Made by a program: the position numbers and the translations under genes. A stretch of 64,000 bases of DNA, from NCBI GenBank assembly GCA_965237805.1, contig OZ250153.1, positions 352,001-416,000 on the forward strand, given 5' to 3'. The notes under the pieces were generated by a model. It made no database searches. It worked only from the letters and a program-made list of their open reading frames with translations, and was not told the origin of the DNA. This DNA is from Gammaproteobacteria bacterium (GTDB lineage Bacteria; Pseudomonadota; Gammaproteobacteria; JABABF01). This document shows, piece by piece, positions 29,208 to 39,381 of this stretch (position 1 is its first letter; every line of letters starts with the position of its first letter).

Positions 29208-29696
29208 ATGCTCTACTGCCATTCAATCGACACGCCGATCGGCGGACTGTGGCTGGTCGCCGATCGGCGACAACTGCGCTGCGTGCTGTTGCCTCGACAC
29301 GGCACAGCGCAGCCCATCTCCTCCAGCTGGCAATGCGAGCAGACCCCACTGCTGCGCCGAGCCGCGGCCCAATTCCGCGCCTGGTTCCGCGACCCCCGGC
29401 AGCGCTTCGAGCTGCCGCTGCCGCCACCACAGCAGCGCGGCACCCCATTCCAGTGCCAGGTGTGGGATGCGATCGCCGCCATCCCCTGCGGGGAGAGTGC
29501 CAGCTACGGCGAGCTGGCGCAGGGGATCGGCGCAGCGCGCGCCGCCCGCGCTGTCGGCAGCGCCTGCGGTGCCAATCCACTGCCGCTGATCGTGCCCTGC
29601 CACCGCGTGCTGCGCGCCGACGGCAGCCTAGGGGGCTTCAGTGGCGGCGATCTGGACACCAAAGCGGCACTGCTCGCCATGGAAGCTGAGCGATGA
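29208..29696 (+). CDS. ogt: Methylated-DNA--protein-cysteine methyltransferase
   Basis: 'GTPFQ..VW.....IP.G...SYGELA', 'RAVG.A...NP....VPCHRV'. Confidence 0.92.
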   Translation: MLYCHSIDTPIGGLWLVADRRQLRCVLLPRHGTAQPISSSWQCEQTPLLRRAAAQFRAWFRDPRQRFELPLPPPQQRGTPFQCQVWDAIAAIPCGESASYGELAQGIGAARAARAVGSACGANPLPLIVPCHRVLRADGSLGGFSGGDLDTKAALLAMEAER

Positions 29697-30379
29697 AGAC
29701 AGAGATCGACTGGGAGCGCGGCGACACGCTGCTCTTGGACATGGATGGCGTGCTGCTGGATCTGCACTTCGACAACCACTTCTGGCACCGCTACCTGCCA
29801 CGCCGCTACGGTCGCCGCCACGGCCTCAGCACTGCCACCGCACGGGCCGAGCTGGAGCGGCGCTACGCCGCCGTGCGCGACCAGCTGGACTGGTACTGCG
29901 TGGAGTACTGGAGCCGCGAGCTGGACATGGATGTGCTGGGCATGAAGCGCCATCTGCGCCGCCGCATCAAGCTGCGTCCTGGAGCGCGGCGCTTCCTCGC
30001 CGCCCTCAAGCAGCGGGGCGTGCGCCACCATCTGCTCAGCGATGCCCACCCCACCGTGATCGCGCTGAAGCTGGAACAGCTGGGGCTGGCCCATCAATTC
30101 GACTCGATTCACAGCTCGCACGACATCGGCAGCCCCAAGCAGACAGCTGCATTCTGGAGCGGATTAGCTGATCAGCTGACATTCGAGGCCGACCGCAGCG
30201 TGCTGATCGACGACACCGAGGCGGTGCTGGATGCCGCCGCCGATGTTGGCATCGGCCAGCTGTTCACCGTGCGGCGACCGGACAGCGCCAAGCCGCGCCG
30301 CCGCCACAGCCGCTTCCCGATGCTGGGACGCTTGGCACCGCCGCCGTCACGGACACTGACACCGCCATCTGCACCGTGA
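29693..30379 (+). CDS. yrfG: GMP/IMP nucleotidase (HAD family)
   Basis: 'IDW...DT.LLDMDG.LLDLHFDNHFW', 'LDWYC..YW...L', 'IDD...VL'. Confidence 0.85.
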   Translation: MKTEIDWERGDTLLLDMDGVLLDLHFDNHFWHRYLPRRYGRRHGLSTATARAELERRYAAVRDQLDWYCVEYWSRELDMDVLGMKRHLRRRIKLRPGARRFLAALKQRGVRHHLLSDAHPTVIALKLEQLGLAHQFDSIHSSHDIGSPKQTAAFWSGLADQLTFEADRSVLIDDTEAVLDAAADVGIGQLFTVRRPDSAKPRRRHSRFPMLGRLAPPPSRTLTPPSAP

Positions 30380-30490
30380 ACACGGTGAACACGGGCGCAG
30401 CATGACACTTGCACACGGTGACAGCGCCTCATACCATGAGCCTTGTCTCCGCAGACACCTTCAATTTTCGATCGCCACAGGCATCACATC

Positions 30491-31324
30491 ATGGATTTAG
30501 GGCTTCAAGACAAGACCGTCATCATCACTGGCGGCAGCGGCGGCATCGGCCGCGGCTTGGTGCTGGAGTTTGCCCGCGAAGGCTGCCATGTGATCAGCGC
30601 CTCGCGCGATACCAAGCAAGGTGGCTTGCTCATCGCTGAAGCGCTGGCACAAAAGCTGCCCGGCAAAGTGCTGGCGGTCGGAACCGATGTCACCGACAGG
30701 GCCTCTGTCGATGCGATGATCGAGCGCTGCCACAGCGAGTTTGGCAGCGTCGATGTGCTGGTCAATAATGCCGGTGGGGTGGCGCAGGCCTCCCCGATTG
30801 ACAGCTTGTCAGAGGAAAATCGCAACTGGGAGATCAAACTCAACATCGATGGCGTGGTGAACTGCTGCCAAGCGGTATCCAAAGACATGCTCGGCAGCCA
30901 ATCGGGCAGCATCATCAACATCTCTTCCAATTCATCGCTGCTGGGGGAAGCGGCGGCCAATGTCGCCCATTACGGCGGTGTCAAAGGCTTTGTCAATTCA
31001 TTCTCCAAGAGCTTGGCGTGGGAGTGGGCCAAATCCGGGGTGCGCGTCAACAACATCTGCCCCGGCTGGATCGTGCCTTATAAAGAAGAGGAAGTGGGCG
31101 AAGGCAGCTTTTGGAAGCGCTTTGGTTTTGAGCAGATCGGCCGACCAGACGACATGCAAAAGGCATTGGAGGAAGGCACCCTGTACAACATGAGCGGCCT
31201 GCCGATCCCGCGCTTGGGGCGACCCGAAGACATCGCCTACTTGACGATGTTTTTAGCCGCCGATGTCTCGAGTTATATCACCGGGCAGCTGATCAGTGTG
31301 AGTGGGGGGGCTTATATGCCTTGA
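30491..31324 (+). CDS. SDR family oxidoreductase
   Basis: 'TGGSGGIG', 'LVNNAG', YxxxK ('YGGVK'), 'VRVNNICPG', 'ITGQ.ISV.GG'. Confidence 0.92.
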   Translation: MDLGLQDKTVIITGGSGGIGRGLVLEFAREGCHVISASRDTKQGGLLIAEALAQKLPGKVLAVGTDVTDRASVDAMIERCHSEFGSVDVLVNNAGGVAQASPIDSLSEENRNWEIKLNIDGVVNCCQAVSKDMLGSQSGSIINISSNSSLLGEAAANVAHYGGVKGFVNSFSKSLAWEWAKSGVRVNNICPGWIVPYKEEEVGEGSFWKRFGFEQIGRPDDMQKALEEGTLYNMSGLPIPRLGRPEDIAYLTMFLAADVSSYITGQLISVSGGAYMP

Positions 31325-31397
31325 GGGGTGGGGGGGATGGTGATAGACTAGTCGCAAGGCTTTAGATTTCCGCACCTTATGGAGGACAGATTGAGAT

Positions 31398-32591
31398 ATG
31401 AGCGCTCGCCCGAAAGTTCCGAGAAATAGTGAACGCCAGCTATGGAGTGAATCCATGGGCTATTGCGCAAACCCCAAATGCAACACACGCCTGCTCCTTG
31501 AAAGTTCAACGAAATCCATTGCGCATATGGCGCATATTAAGCCGCATTCACAACATGGTGCTGACTCCCATGAAAACCTCATTTTGCTCTGCAGGAACTG
31601 TCACAAGCAACATGAACCTGCCGATTACCCCGAAGCAGAGACAACCCTAAGGGAGTGGAAAATAAATCTCCCCCAGAGAAACGCAAGCCATTTCGCAGTG
31701 AAGTTCAATACATTTGATGATTTAGCCGAACAGGTTCGCCCACTATTTTCAAGGAATTATCAGATTTTCAGGAATTACGGGCCACATACTAATGATCATG
31801 ATGCGCACAAAATTTGGAAGCGTTTTGAGGAGGAATTGATTGCAAACAATGCGATGCTCCAACTTCATCTCAGAGAGAACATTGATCTGTTCAACTCATC
31901 GGATAAAAATGTGATTAACAGCTTTATCATACATGTCGATGAATTCACCAATACCAGAGTGGGATTCAATGGTATGAGGAAGAAATTATTTCCCAATAAA
32001 ATATTGTCAATTCTTAATATTGAAGAAGAAGATATCAGCCCCCAGAGAAGCTCCACCAATGTATACTTGAAAGATATCCAATGCCTTCAGAGTGTCATAA
32101 AAAAACTCAAACAAGAAGAACGATTCATAGATTTAAAGATAGTTCCAGACACATATTTGACCTTCACTGAAAACGGAGAAAAGATAGTTCTACATATTGA
32201 TGGAGACAAAAGCATCCTCAGAAAAATGGTGAAGAAACTTTTCCCGACGATTCTGGTCGGAGACGAAGCCAAAACATATATAGAGCTGGATGGTTTGAAG
32301 TGCATCTTAAACGTGCTAAATAAAAATAGCGCAAAATGGGAGTTTGAAGATCTCACAGATCTAACCATAATCACTATTAAAGAAAGGTTTAGGATAAAAC
32401 TCTTCTATAATTATATCATCACAGATTTTGATTTGCAAAACACTGTCAATTTGAAATCGGTGCGCTATGTAGCAAATATGTATCATTGGAATGGTGGCAA
32501 GGCAGACGATGACGCGCTAGAATACGCACAAGGTATTGGAGTGAAAGTTATGAACTCAACAGAATTAATGAGATTTTGCGCTAATATTTGA
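31398..32591 (+). CDS. HNH endonuclease domain protein with unrecognised C-terminal domains
   Basis: 'LW..S.GYCANPKC....AHI.P.S..G....ENLILLC.NCH' zinc-binding HNH. Confidence 0.8.
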   Translation: MSARPKVPRNSERQLWSESMGYCANPKCNTRLLLESSTKSIAHMAHIKPHSQHGADSHENLILLCRNCHKQHEPADYPEAETTLREWKINLPQRNASHFAVKFNTFDDLAEQVRPLFSRNYQIFRNYGPHTNDHDAHKIWKRFEEELIANNAMLQLHLRENIDLFNSSDKNVINSFIIHVDEFTNTRVGFNGMRKKLFPNKILSILNIEEEDISPQRSSTNVYLKDIQCLQSVIKKLKQEERFIDLKIVPDTYLTFTENGEKIVLHIDGDKSILRKMVKKLFPTILVGDEAKTYIELDGLKCILNVLNKNSAKWEFEDLTDLTIITIKERFRIKLFYNYIITDFDLQNTVNLKSVRYVANMYHWNGGKADDDALEYAQGIGVKVMNSTELMRFCANI

Positions 32592-32881
32592 AGGTGAGCA
32601 TTGCTGAGGATAGATTTTGGTTGAATAGAGTGGAAATATTCCATGCTTTCAACGAAGTGTATTTATTTGGATCCTCTCTATCAGAAAATTGTCCTAAAGA
32701 CATTGATCTAATTTTAGTCTATGATTCAAGGGATATTGCAACGATTAAAGATTGCCACAATGCGATCAACCGAGAAATATTTGAGCATTTTTCTATAGAA
32801 GCGCATTTGCTCATCCTTACTGCAGCTGAAAAGCAACAAACCAAGTTCCTAAATATAGTGCGCAATAAAAGAATAAAATGA
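32588..32881 (+). CDS. Minimal (MNT-like) Pol-beta superfamily nucleotidyltransferase
   Basis: 'VYLFGSS......KDIDLILV' GS...DxD motif; 97 aa; 4-nt overlap with the HNH gene stop. Confidence 0.78.
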   Translation: MKVSIAEDRFWLNRVEIFHAFNEVYLFGSSLSENCPKDIDLILVYDSRDIATIKDCHNAINREIFEHFSIEAHLLILTAAEKQQTKFLNIVRNKRIK

Positions 32882-32939
32882 ATGCAATCATCGGGCGCTA
32901 CAAGATACCTCTTGCAGGGCGCACCTGCTGTCTTTCCTG

Positions 32940-33668
32940 CTAAGTATCACCACTCACCCGCCAACTCTCCGCCGACAGTGGCAGTTCGTTCAGCTCTGCC
33001 CTAGCCTCACGCCAACTCGGATAGTGCGTGCCCAGCAAGTCGAAGAAGCGCTCGCTGTGGGTCGGCTCAAGCAGGTGCAGCAGCTCGTGGAGGATCACAT
33101 AGTCCAATAGCTGTTTGGGTTTCTTCACCAGCTCCGTATTGAGGCGAATATTCCCCGCACGGTAATTGCATCCCCCCCACTTCGTTTTCATGCGCTGTAG
33201 GAAGTAGCTGGCAACGCTCACACCGAGCTTCTCTTCCCATTTTCTGATGAGCGGTGGCACAGCCTCATGCAGCAAGCCCTTGTGCCATGCATGCATGACT
33301 TCCCCCCGTTTGGCCTTGGTACTGCCGGGGCGCACGTTGAGCGTGATCCTGCGATGGCTGAGGTGAACACAGGGTTTGGCCTCCTGCTCGACGACCGACA
33401 GCAGATAACGCCGCCCCCAGAGGTAATGGCTCTCCCGCTCGATGAACTGACGGGGAGTCTCACGCGCCTGCTGGAGCAAACTGCCCTGATGGCGACGAAT
33501 CCAGGCGAGCCTAGAAATGGCATAGGCCCGCGCCACCTCTGGACGGGTGCCGATGGGCACGACCAGCGTGATACGCCCAGTTGGCGGGTGTACCGACAGA
33601 TGGACATGCTTGACGGCCTTGCGCGTCATCGCAATGGCGAGCTCACCGAGCTGGATCGTCTCGGCCAT
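32940..33668 (-). CDS. M48/YgjP (DUF45) zinc metallopeptidase-like protein associated with type I R-M
   Basis: 'MKTKWG.CN', 'IRLN.EL', 'YVILHELLHL.E..H...F'; coupled to hsdR. Confidence 0.88.
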   Translation of the reverse strand: MAETIQLGELAIAMTRKAVKHVHLSVHPPTGRITLVVPIGTRPEVARAYAISRLAWIRRHQGSLLQQARETPRQFIERESHYLWGRRYLLSVVEQEAKPCVHLSHRRITLNVRPGSTKAKRGEVMHAWHKGLLHEAVPPLIRKWEEKLGVSVASYFLQRMKTKWGGCNYRAGNIRLNTELVKKPKQLLDYVILHELLHLLEPTHSERFFDLLGTHYPSWREARAELNELPLSAESWRVSGDT

Positions 33669-36600
33669 CAGTACTCCGGCTGGTACTTGATGAGCTCAAA
33701 GAGCTCCTTCGTCGCCTGCCGGTTCCCCTCAAGCAACGGAAACAACGCATTCAACACCTGTGCCTCACGCGCTTGATCGCCTCTCCACCCCGCAGGTGCT
33801 TGCTCGCGTATAGCAAGGTCAATTTTCAAGGTCAGCTCGACCCGCTCATCCATATAGGCTAGGCCTATATCGGCCACCTTGCCCGCCCGCTCCCCTGCCG
33901 CAGCGAGAATATCTGGCAGGTTGCGGTAAATCACCTGAGCCGCATGGTTGCCATGTAGCGCCGCTGGCACACCCTCATTGGGTTGCTGCTCTACCAAGCG
34001 ATTGGCCAGTTCCTCCGCCTGCAGCAGCAACTCCTCGTAGTCCTTGGTGTCCGCACGGCTCTGCGCGATGAGGTCGTCGAGCAACTGCGACATCTGCTCG
34101 TAGAAGCGAGGGTCCGTGAGCTGCTCGCGAATGATGGTCTTGCGGATGTTGTTGATGATCCCTTCGGCGACGGCTTGCTTGGAAAGCTTGCCCTTGGCAT
34201 TGAGCTTCTTGGCAATGGCATCGTGAATACCGGTTTCAACGATCAGTTCGATCAGCGAGCGCTCGCTCAGCGCGCCCAGCTCTGCCGCTGCATCGGCCTG
34301 AATATAGGTATTGATGAGGTAGCGCATATCCGCCTCGTAGGGTTTGATATCGAGTTCCTCTCCCGAGTGCTTCTTGATGGCCGCACGGAGTTCCTCGTGG
34401 TGTGCGAGCTCCGCCCGCAACTCCCGCACTTCGGCATCGCTATAACCGGCTTCGCTGAGATCCCCGGCGATGGCCGCAAAGCTGCGGGCCAAGGTCGCCA
34501 CATCCTTGTAGAAGGATATCCGCAGCACTTCGCTCTCGCGTAGTGCATTCGAATCATTGGCGTCGCCGCAGAAATAGCACAAGAACTGTTCAAACTCTCG
34601 CGGTTGCGCCACTGGCTCGCACAGATAATGCAAGGCCTCCCGCGCCGCTTCCAGCTTCTGTTTGCCTTCTATCAGCCAATCCTTGAGCTCGACATTGTTG
34701 CCACCGCTGCCGCCCTCATCGGTGTCTAACTCGTCGGAGTTGTAGACGGCGATCGCCTCTTGCACATTGCCGAACAGCTGTTTGAAATCCACGATGTGGC
34801 CGTAGTCCTTGTCCTCGCCATCGAGCCGATTGGTGCGACAGATAGCTTGGAATAGATTGTGGTCACGCAATTCCTGGTCGAGGTAGATATAGGTACAGCT
34901 CGGCGCATCAAAGCCAGTCAGCAGCTTGCTGACGACAATCAGCAGCTTCATATTCGCTGGCTCTTCAATAAAACAGCGCTTGACCTCGTCCTCGTACTGC
35001 CTAGTAGTCTGGCCGTCTCTTAGAACATGCTTGGTATAGGTGTCAAACTTGAAACGCTCGTCGCTGTTGGCGGGTTCGCGCGAGATTGCATTGTGGTTCG
35101 GCTCGTAGGAGGTGATGATCCCGCACGGTGGGGCGAGCGCTGTGTTCTGAAACAGCCGGAAGTAATGACAGGCGTCATAGATTGAAGCGGATACGAGGAT
35201 CGCCGTGCCACGGTCGTTGCTCAGCCGTGGCTTGAAGTTGAAATCTTCAATGATGCTGGCAATGATGCGTTCCTTGCGATCTTCAGCACTCATCAACTCC
35301 TTCATCGTCGCCCAGTGCTTGCGCAGTACCGCCTGCTGGAAATTGTTGAGGCTCTGCGTCTTCTGCTCAAACCACCGGTCAATGGATTTTGCTGAAGTCA
35401 AGCGTTGCGGTACATCGCGGGCCTCGTATTTGAGATCGAGGATGATGCGGTCGGCCACTCCTTCGTGAAACTTGTAGGTATGGATGCAAGTACCGAAGAC
35501 CTCCCGCGTCATCTTTTTATCTCGACGCAGGAGCGGCGTCCCCGTGAAGCCGACAAAGATCGCGCCCGGTAGCCAGCGTTTCATCTGCTGGTTCATAGCT
35601 CCGCCCTGTGTACGGTGGCATTCGTCCACGAACACATAGAAGTGCCCGACCACAGGCGGGGGATCACCCCTGAGGTCGCTGGGTTCAAACTTGTGGATCA
35701 ACGCGCACAGGAGGCGCGGTGTGGGCGCTGCGATCTTCGCCACGAACTCCGCCCGCGAAGTGATGCGCGGCGCAGGGGAGTCGGCTGCGATGACCCCAGC
35801 ACTTTTCATCACCCCTTCGATCTGCTTGTCCAGCTCATCGCGATCGGTGATGATGAGGATGCGCGCCTCAGCGTCATGCTCCAACAGCCACTTGGCGAGC
35901 AATACCATCAGAATGCTCTTGCCACTGCCCTGCGTGTGCCAAATAACCCCGCCCTCTCGCTTGGCGATGCGCTCCTGAGCCACCTTCACACCGAAGAACT
36001 GGTGTGGCCTCGGCAGTTTCTTCTGACCCGCATCAAAGATGATGAAGTGGCGCAGCAAGTCGAGCAGCCGCTCCTTGTGGCACAGCTGCGCCAATGGCCG
36101 GTCGAGCTGTGAGCCAATGGTAGGTTCCGGCTCGGAGCTTGCTTCTTCGTCTTGCCATTGCACGAAGAACTGCTCCGGTGTGCCAGTGGTGCCGTAACGC
36201 AATCCTTGCGAGTCGCTGCCCGCCAGCAATAGTTGCACGGTGCTAAAGAAGCCCTGGTTGAAGATCTCCTCTTGGTTGGTGATGAGCTGGCGCACGCCGT
36301 CACCCACTTCCACCGAGCTGCGCTTGAGCTCGATCACCGCGATGGCGATGCCGTTGATGTAAAGCACCAGATCGGGTCGGCGTTCGTGGCCGCCTTTCAG
36401 CGTCACCTCCTCGGCGAGGGCGAAGTCGTTGTTTTCCGGATGCTTCCAGTCAATCAGGTGTACTGTCTCATGCGCCTGCCCTGCGGCAATCTGCACAGGG
36501 ACGCCATAGCGCATGAGCTGGTAGCTGCGCAGATTGGCTTGGTAGAGTGTGATGCCTGTTGAGTCGGCGGCGGTCTCTAGCTTTTGCCGGGCGGCAGAGA

Positions 36601-36790
36601 TGTGGGCATCCGTGTAGCCGCGAGACAGCAGATTATCGCGGAGGATCTCTGTTTCGATGTGGCGGTTGTTGTCGCGCTTGCTCCAGTCACCGAGGTAGCG
36701 ATAGCCGAGGCAGTCCTTTCGCGCTGGGTCGGTGAATAAGGCGATGACGCGATGCTGCGTCTGACGCTCGGAGCGGGGTTGTTGAGGCAT
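33668..36790 (-). CDS. hsdR: Type I restriction endonuclease subunit R
   Basis: '[18 protein letters not shown]', 'WHTQGSGKS', 'DECHR', 'GFTGTP', 'LLTGFDAP', 'QAICRTNR'. Confidence 0.95.
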   Translation of the reverse strand: MPQQPRSERQTQHRVIALFTDPARKDCLGYRYLGDWSKRDNNRHIETEILRDNLLSRGYTDAHISAARQKLETAADSTGITLYQANLRSYQLMRYGVPVQIAAGQAHETVHLIDWKHPENNDFALAEEVTLKGGHERRPDLVLYINGIAIAVIELKRSSVEVGDGVRQLITNQEEIFNQGFFSTVQLLLAGSDSQGLRYGTTGTPEQFFVQWQDEEASSEPEPTIGSQLDRPLAQLCHKERLLDLLRHFIIFDAGQKKLPRPHQFFGVKVAQERIAKREGGVIWHTQGSGKSILMVLLAKWLLEHDAEARILIITDRDELDKQIEGVMKSAGVIAADSPAPRITSRAEFVAKIAAPTPRLLCALIHKFEPSDLRGDPPPVVGHFYVFVDECHRTQGGAMNQQMKRWLPGAIFVGFTGTPLLRRDKKMTREVFGTCIHTYKFHEGVADRIILDLKYEARDVPQRLTSAKSIDRWFEQKTQSLNNFQQAVLRKHWATMKELMSAEDRKERIIASIIEDFNFKPRLSNDRGTAILVSASIYDACHYFRLFQNTALAPPCGIITSYEPNHNAISREPANSDERFKFDTYTKHVLRDGQTTRQYEDEVKRCFIEEPANMKLLIVVSKLLTGFDAPSCTYIYLDQELRDHNLFQAICRTNRLDGEDKDYGHIVDFKQLFGNVQEAIAVYNSDELDTDEGGSGGNNVELKDWLIEGKQKLEAAREALHYLCEPVAQPREFEQFLCYFCGDANDSNALRESEVLRISFYKDVATLARSFAAIAGDLSEAGYSDAEVRELRAELAHHEELRAAIKKHSGEELDIKPYEADMRYLINTYIQADAAAELGALSERSLIELIVETGIHDAIAKKLNAKGKLSKQAVAEGIINNIRKTIIREQLTDPRFYEQMSQLLDDLIAQSRADTKDYEELLLQAEELANRLVEQQPNEGVPAALHGNHAAQVIYRNLPDILAAAGERAGKVADIGLAYMDERVELTLKIDLAIREQAPAGWRGDQAREAQVLNALFPLLEGNRQATKELFELIKYQPEY

Positions 36791-36811
36791 GGGGTGAGCG
36801 GCAAAGAGCCT

Positions 36812-38071
36812 CTAGTTGGTAGCGTCCAATCCGCTCTGTGAACGCGCAGGCACCACCACCCGCAAGTAGTCGTCGGTCGGATCAAAGAGCGCTTCTTTCC
36901 CTGAGTATTGCTGCGTCAGCGGCACGATCTTAAGGCGCACCCCCATACCGCGCGCATCCACATAACCATAGTCGCGCATGACATCCACAATCATCGTATT
37001 GCGTGGTGAGCGCTGCCCAGCCAACATTTTCTCAACGGTCATCGCGTTTTGTAGTGCGCCGGGGCTGGTCACTTCCAGACGGTCGGAATAGTTGACCACC
37101 TCCACCTCTATCGCTCGCGTCCAGTCGCGGTGAACCAGTGCATTGAGCAACACCTCACGCATTGCTTCCCCTGGATAGCGATGGACCGATTCTCGGCGCA
37201 AGCCCGCATTGATTGTGCTGCCTTCCTCCGAGATGAACGGGCGCATGCGATCGATGAGATCTTCAATCAATCCACCCTTGACGATGTGTCGCCCAGCGCC
37301 GGGCTCGCCATCCCACAACGCCACCAACGGGCCATCCAGCACCGTGTCGTCCTGAGCCTGATACTCTTTGCTATCGCCAGCAAAAGACATCCACCGCACT
37401 CCCCCGCAACGCAGGCGACGGCGCGGACTATGCCCAAACAGTACCAAGCCAGCAATGCTGCACGCGACAGACTGATCGGGGCGGCGTACCATAAAACCCA
37501 AGCCGATCAAGCGCTCTTCCCAATCTGCATCAGCCTGTGGCACCATCGGGTCGCTGGCAAGATTGAGCAGATAATCACTGAGGCGTGCTCTATCGAGGTC
37601 ATTCAGGCTGCTGCCAGAAACCGGAAGACTCTCTGTGTGCAGTAATCCACCGCTGTCGAATAGCCGAGCTTGCTGCTCTCGTGATGCAAGGCGTGAAGTG
37701 CTGCCTACGCGCACATAAATCTCTTCGCGTCCTTTATGGCGCAACACATAGGGCTTATTGATGCCTTGGTCCAGTGAAATGACCGCCACCCGCTGGCCGT
37801 CGTTGCACACCACTTCCTCGTAAAACGGCGTGGCCTGCGGGTGGATGTATTGGCCAAACACCGTGTCCATCACCAAGGTTTCCAGGTCGGCACGTTGGAT
37901 GCCACTAATGGTGCCGTCATCTTCCACCCCCAACAGCAATTTCCCACCCCGAAAATTGAGCAACGCAACAATCGCTTTGCCCAGCTGCTCTGGGCGCAAG
38001 TCATCACGTTTGAATTCCACACCAGAGTTTTCACCATTGGCGATGATCTCCAGTAATTCAGATTTCAGCAT
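36812..38071 (-). CDS. Schlafen/AlbA_2 domain plus HATPase_c_4 (RecG-C-like) protein
   Basis: 'GENSGVEFK', 'A.LN..GG.LLLGVEDDG.I.G', 'RE.L.NALVHRDW', 'DRLEV.SPG', 'RN', 'GMG'. Confidence 0.88.
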   Translation of the reverse strand: MLKSELLEIIANGENSGVEFKRDDLRPEQLGKAIVALLNFRGGKLLLGVEDDGTISGIQRADLETLVMDTVFGQYIHPQATPFYEEVVCNDGQRVAVISLDQGINKPYVLRHKGREEIYVRVGSTSRLASREQQARLFDSGGLLHTESLPVSGSSLNDLDRARLSDYLLNLASDPMVPQADADWEERLIGLGFMVRRPDQSVACSIAGLVLFGHSPRRRLRCGGVRWMSFAGDSKEYQAQDDTVLDGPLVALWDGEPGAGRHIVKGGLIEDLIDRMRPFISEEGSTINAGLRRESVHRYPGEAMREVLLNALVHRDWTRAIEVEVVNYSDRLEVTSPGALQNAMTVEKMLAGQRSPRNTMIVDVMRDYGYVDARGMGVRLKIVPLTQQYSGKEALFDPTDDYLRVVVPARSQSGLDATN

Positions 38072-38202
38072 CAGAGCAACCTTTGGCAATCGTATTGTTG
38101 TTTTTCACTGAATACACGCATCGCGCCTACCTTCAAGGATATTCGCCATTTGCTTGCTCCAGATGTCGCACATCAGTGCCGAGTGAGTGATATACAGCAT
38201 AA

Positions 38203-39381
38203 TCATATTAAGCGGGTTTTGCCAGTGAGCAACTCCTGCATCATGGCCTGCTTGAGGTCGCGGGTTTTGTTGCGGCGGGCTTCGAGGGCAGCGAGTTCAG
38301 CATCCATATCGGCGAGGACAGTGGCGATGGCGGTTTGTTCTTCAAGATCCTCTGGTATTGTGATCATGTAGGTAATCAGTTGCTTCTTGCCAATTTCAAG
38401 GAATGTGCTGCCTCCGCAAAGGGCAACCAAGCCGTTCTTCTGCGTTGACATCAGGTAGTAGAGAAATTCAACATCAAACGCCTCGAATGGTACGATGTTC
38501 TTGAACCCTTGGTTGGTGGCCATGGGCACCAGATTGATCGCGCATATGCCTATCGTCGCACGCGATGTCATAGTGAGTGAGCGGGGTGGGATCACCTCGG
38601 CCGCACTGGATAGCAAACCCACCGCCGAGATAGTTCGAGCCGTATCCCTCATATACTTGTGACCCCGAAGCGCAGTGATATCTGTCGGCGTACACCAAGG
38701 AATCCCACCGTCCCAGAAATGCGTTTGCGACGTGAGCGGGGTTCCGCCACTCCTGATATCGCAAACTTCCTCCAACCGCTTCACCTCCCACTCGCCGTGG
38801 AAGCCGGGGAGGCGGGTCTGGCCGCTGAGGAGCTGCTGCATGGTGGCCTGTTTGAGGTCGCGCTTCTTGGCGATGAGCCGCTCTAGACTACCCAGCAAAT
38901 CATCCATGTCGGAGAGTACGGTGGCGATGGCAGTTTGTTCGTTCGCAGAGGGAACCTTAATTTTCAATTTTCGATATTCTGAAATCCAATGTCTTTTGTG
39001 TTCGCTCACTTGGAATTTGACTAGCTGCATCATATCGTAGATAAGTTTCAAGTTTGCGAATGGATGGCGTGGTTTCAAGAGCTTCATTGCAGACGACTTC
39101 GCCTTAAACGGAAACGGCACATATTGTATGGCGGTTGTGAAGTCATCAAAAATGATGACTGGAAGATCTCTGAAAACCCTTTCCTCTTCATCTGTATAAC
39201 CAAGAATGAAGGTCTTACCAGCGGTAAGTACCGGAACTGCATGTACGTCGCTGTATGCGCTACTACTGACAAGATATTTGGTTGGCTGTTCATAAGTCAA
39301 CAATTCTTCCAATCGCTTCACCCCCCAGTCTTCGGGGATAATACCAACCTCCGTCTGCTTGTATCCGGGCTTCACTTCCAT
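38203..39381 (-). CDS. hsdS: Type I restriction-modification specificity subunit
   Basis: 'GYKQTEVG.IPEDW', two TRDs each followed by 'EQTAIATVL.DMD' and 'LKQA.MQ.LL.G.TRL'. Confidence 0.93.
   Translation of the reverse strand: MEVKPGYKQTEVGIIPEDWGVKRLEELLTYEQPTKYLVSSSAYSDVHAVPVLTAGKTFILGYTDEEERVFRDLPVIIFDDFTTAIQYVPFPFKAKSSAMKLLKPRHPFANLKLIYDMMQLVKFQVSEHKRHWISEYRKLKIKVPSANEQTAIATVLSDMDDLLGSLERLIAKKRDLKQATMQQLLSGQTRLPGFHGEWEVKRLEEVCDIRSGGTPLTSQTHFWDGGIPWCTPTDITALRGHKYMRDTARTISAVGLLSSAAEVIPPRSLTMTSRATIGICAINLVPMATNQGFKNIVPFEAFDVEFLYYLMSTQKNGLVALCGGSTFLEIGKKQLITYMITIPEDLEEQTAIATVLADMDAELAALEARRNKTRDLKQAMMQELLTGKTRLI

Noticed and set aside
30372-30425. Short hairpin CACCGTG-AA-CACGGTG and tandem GTGAACACG repeat after yrfG
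   Set aside because: Only 2-3 short copies, no spacers and no U-tract; not a CRISPR array, REP element or convincing terminator.
31325-31385. G-rich tract and a possible 'ACCTTAT' direct repeat shared with about 46845 at the island borders
   Set aside because: A 7-bp match is expected by chance, there is no recombinase, and there are too few G-runs for a quadruplex.
31398-32881. Calling the HNH plus NTase pair CBASS or HEPN-MNT
   Set aside because: The NTase is only 97 aa (CD-NTases are several times larger), and no SAVED domain or HEPN Rx4-6H toxin is recognisable.
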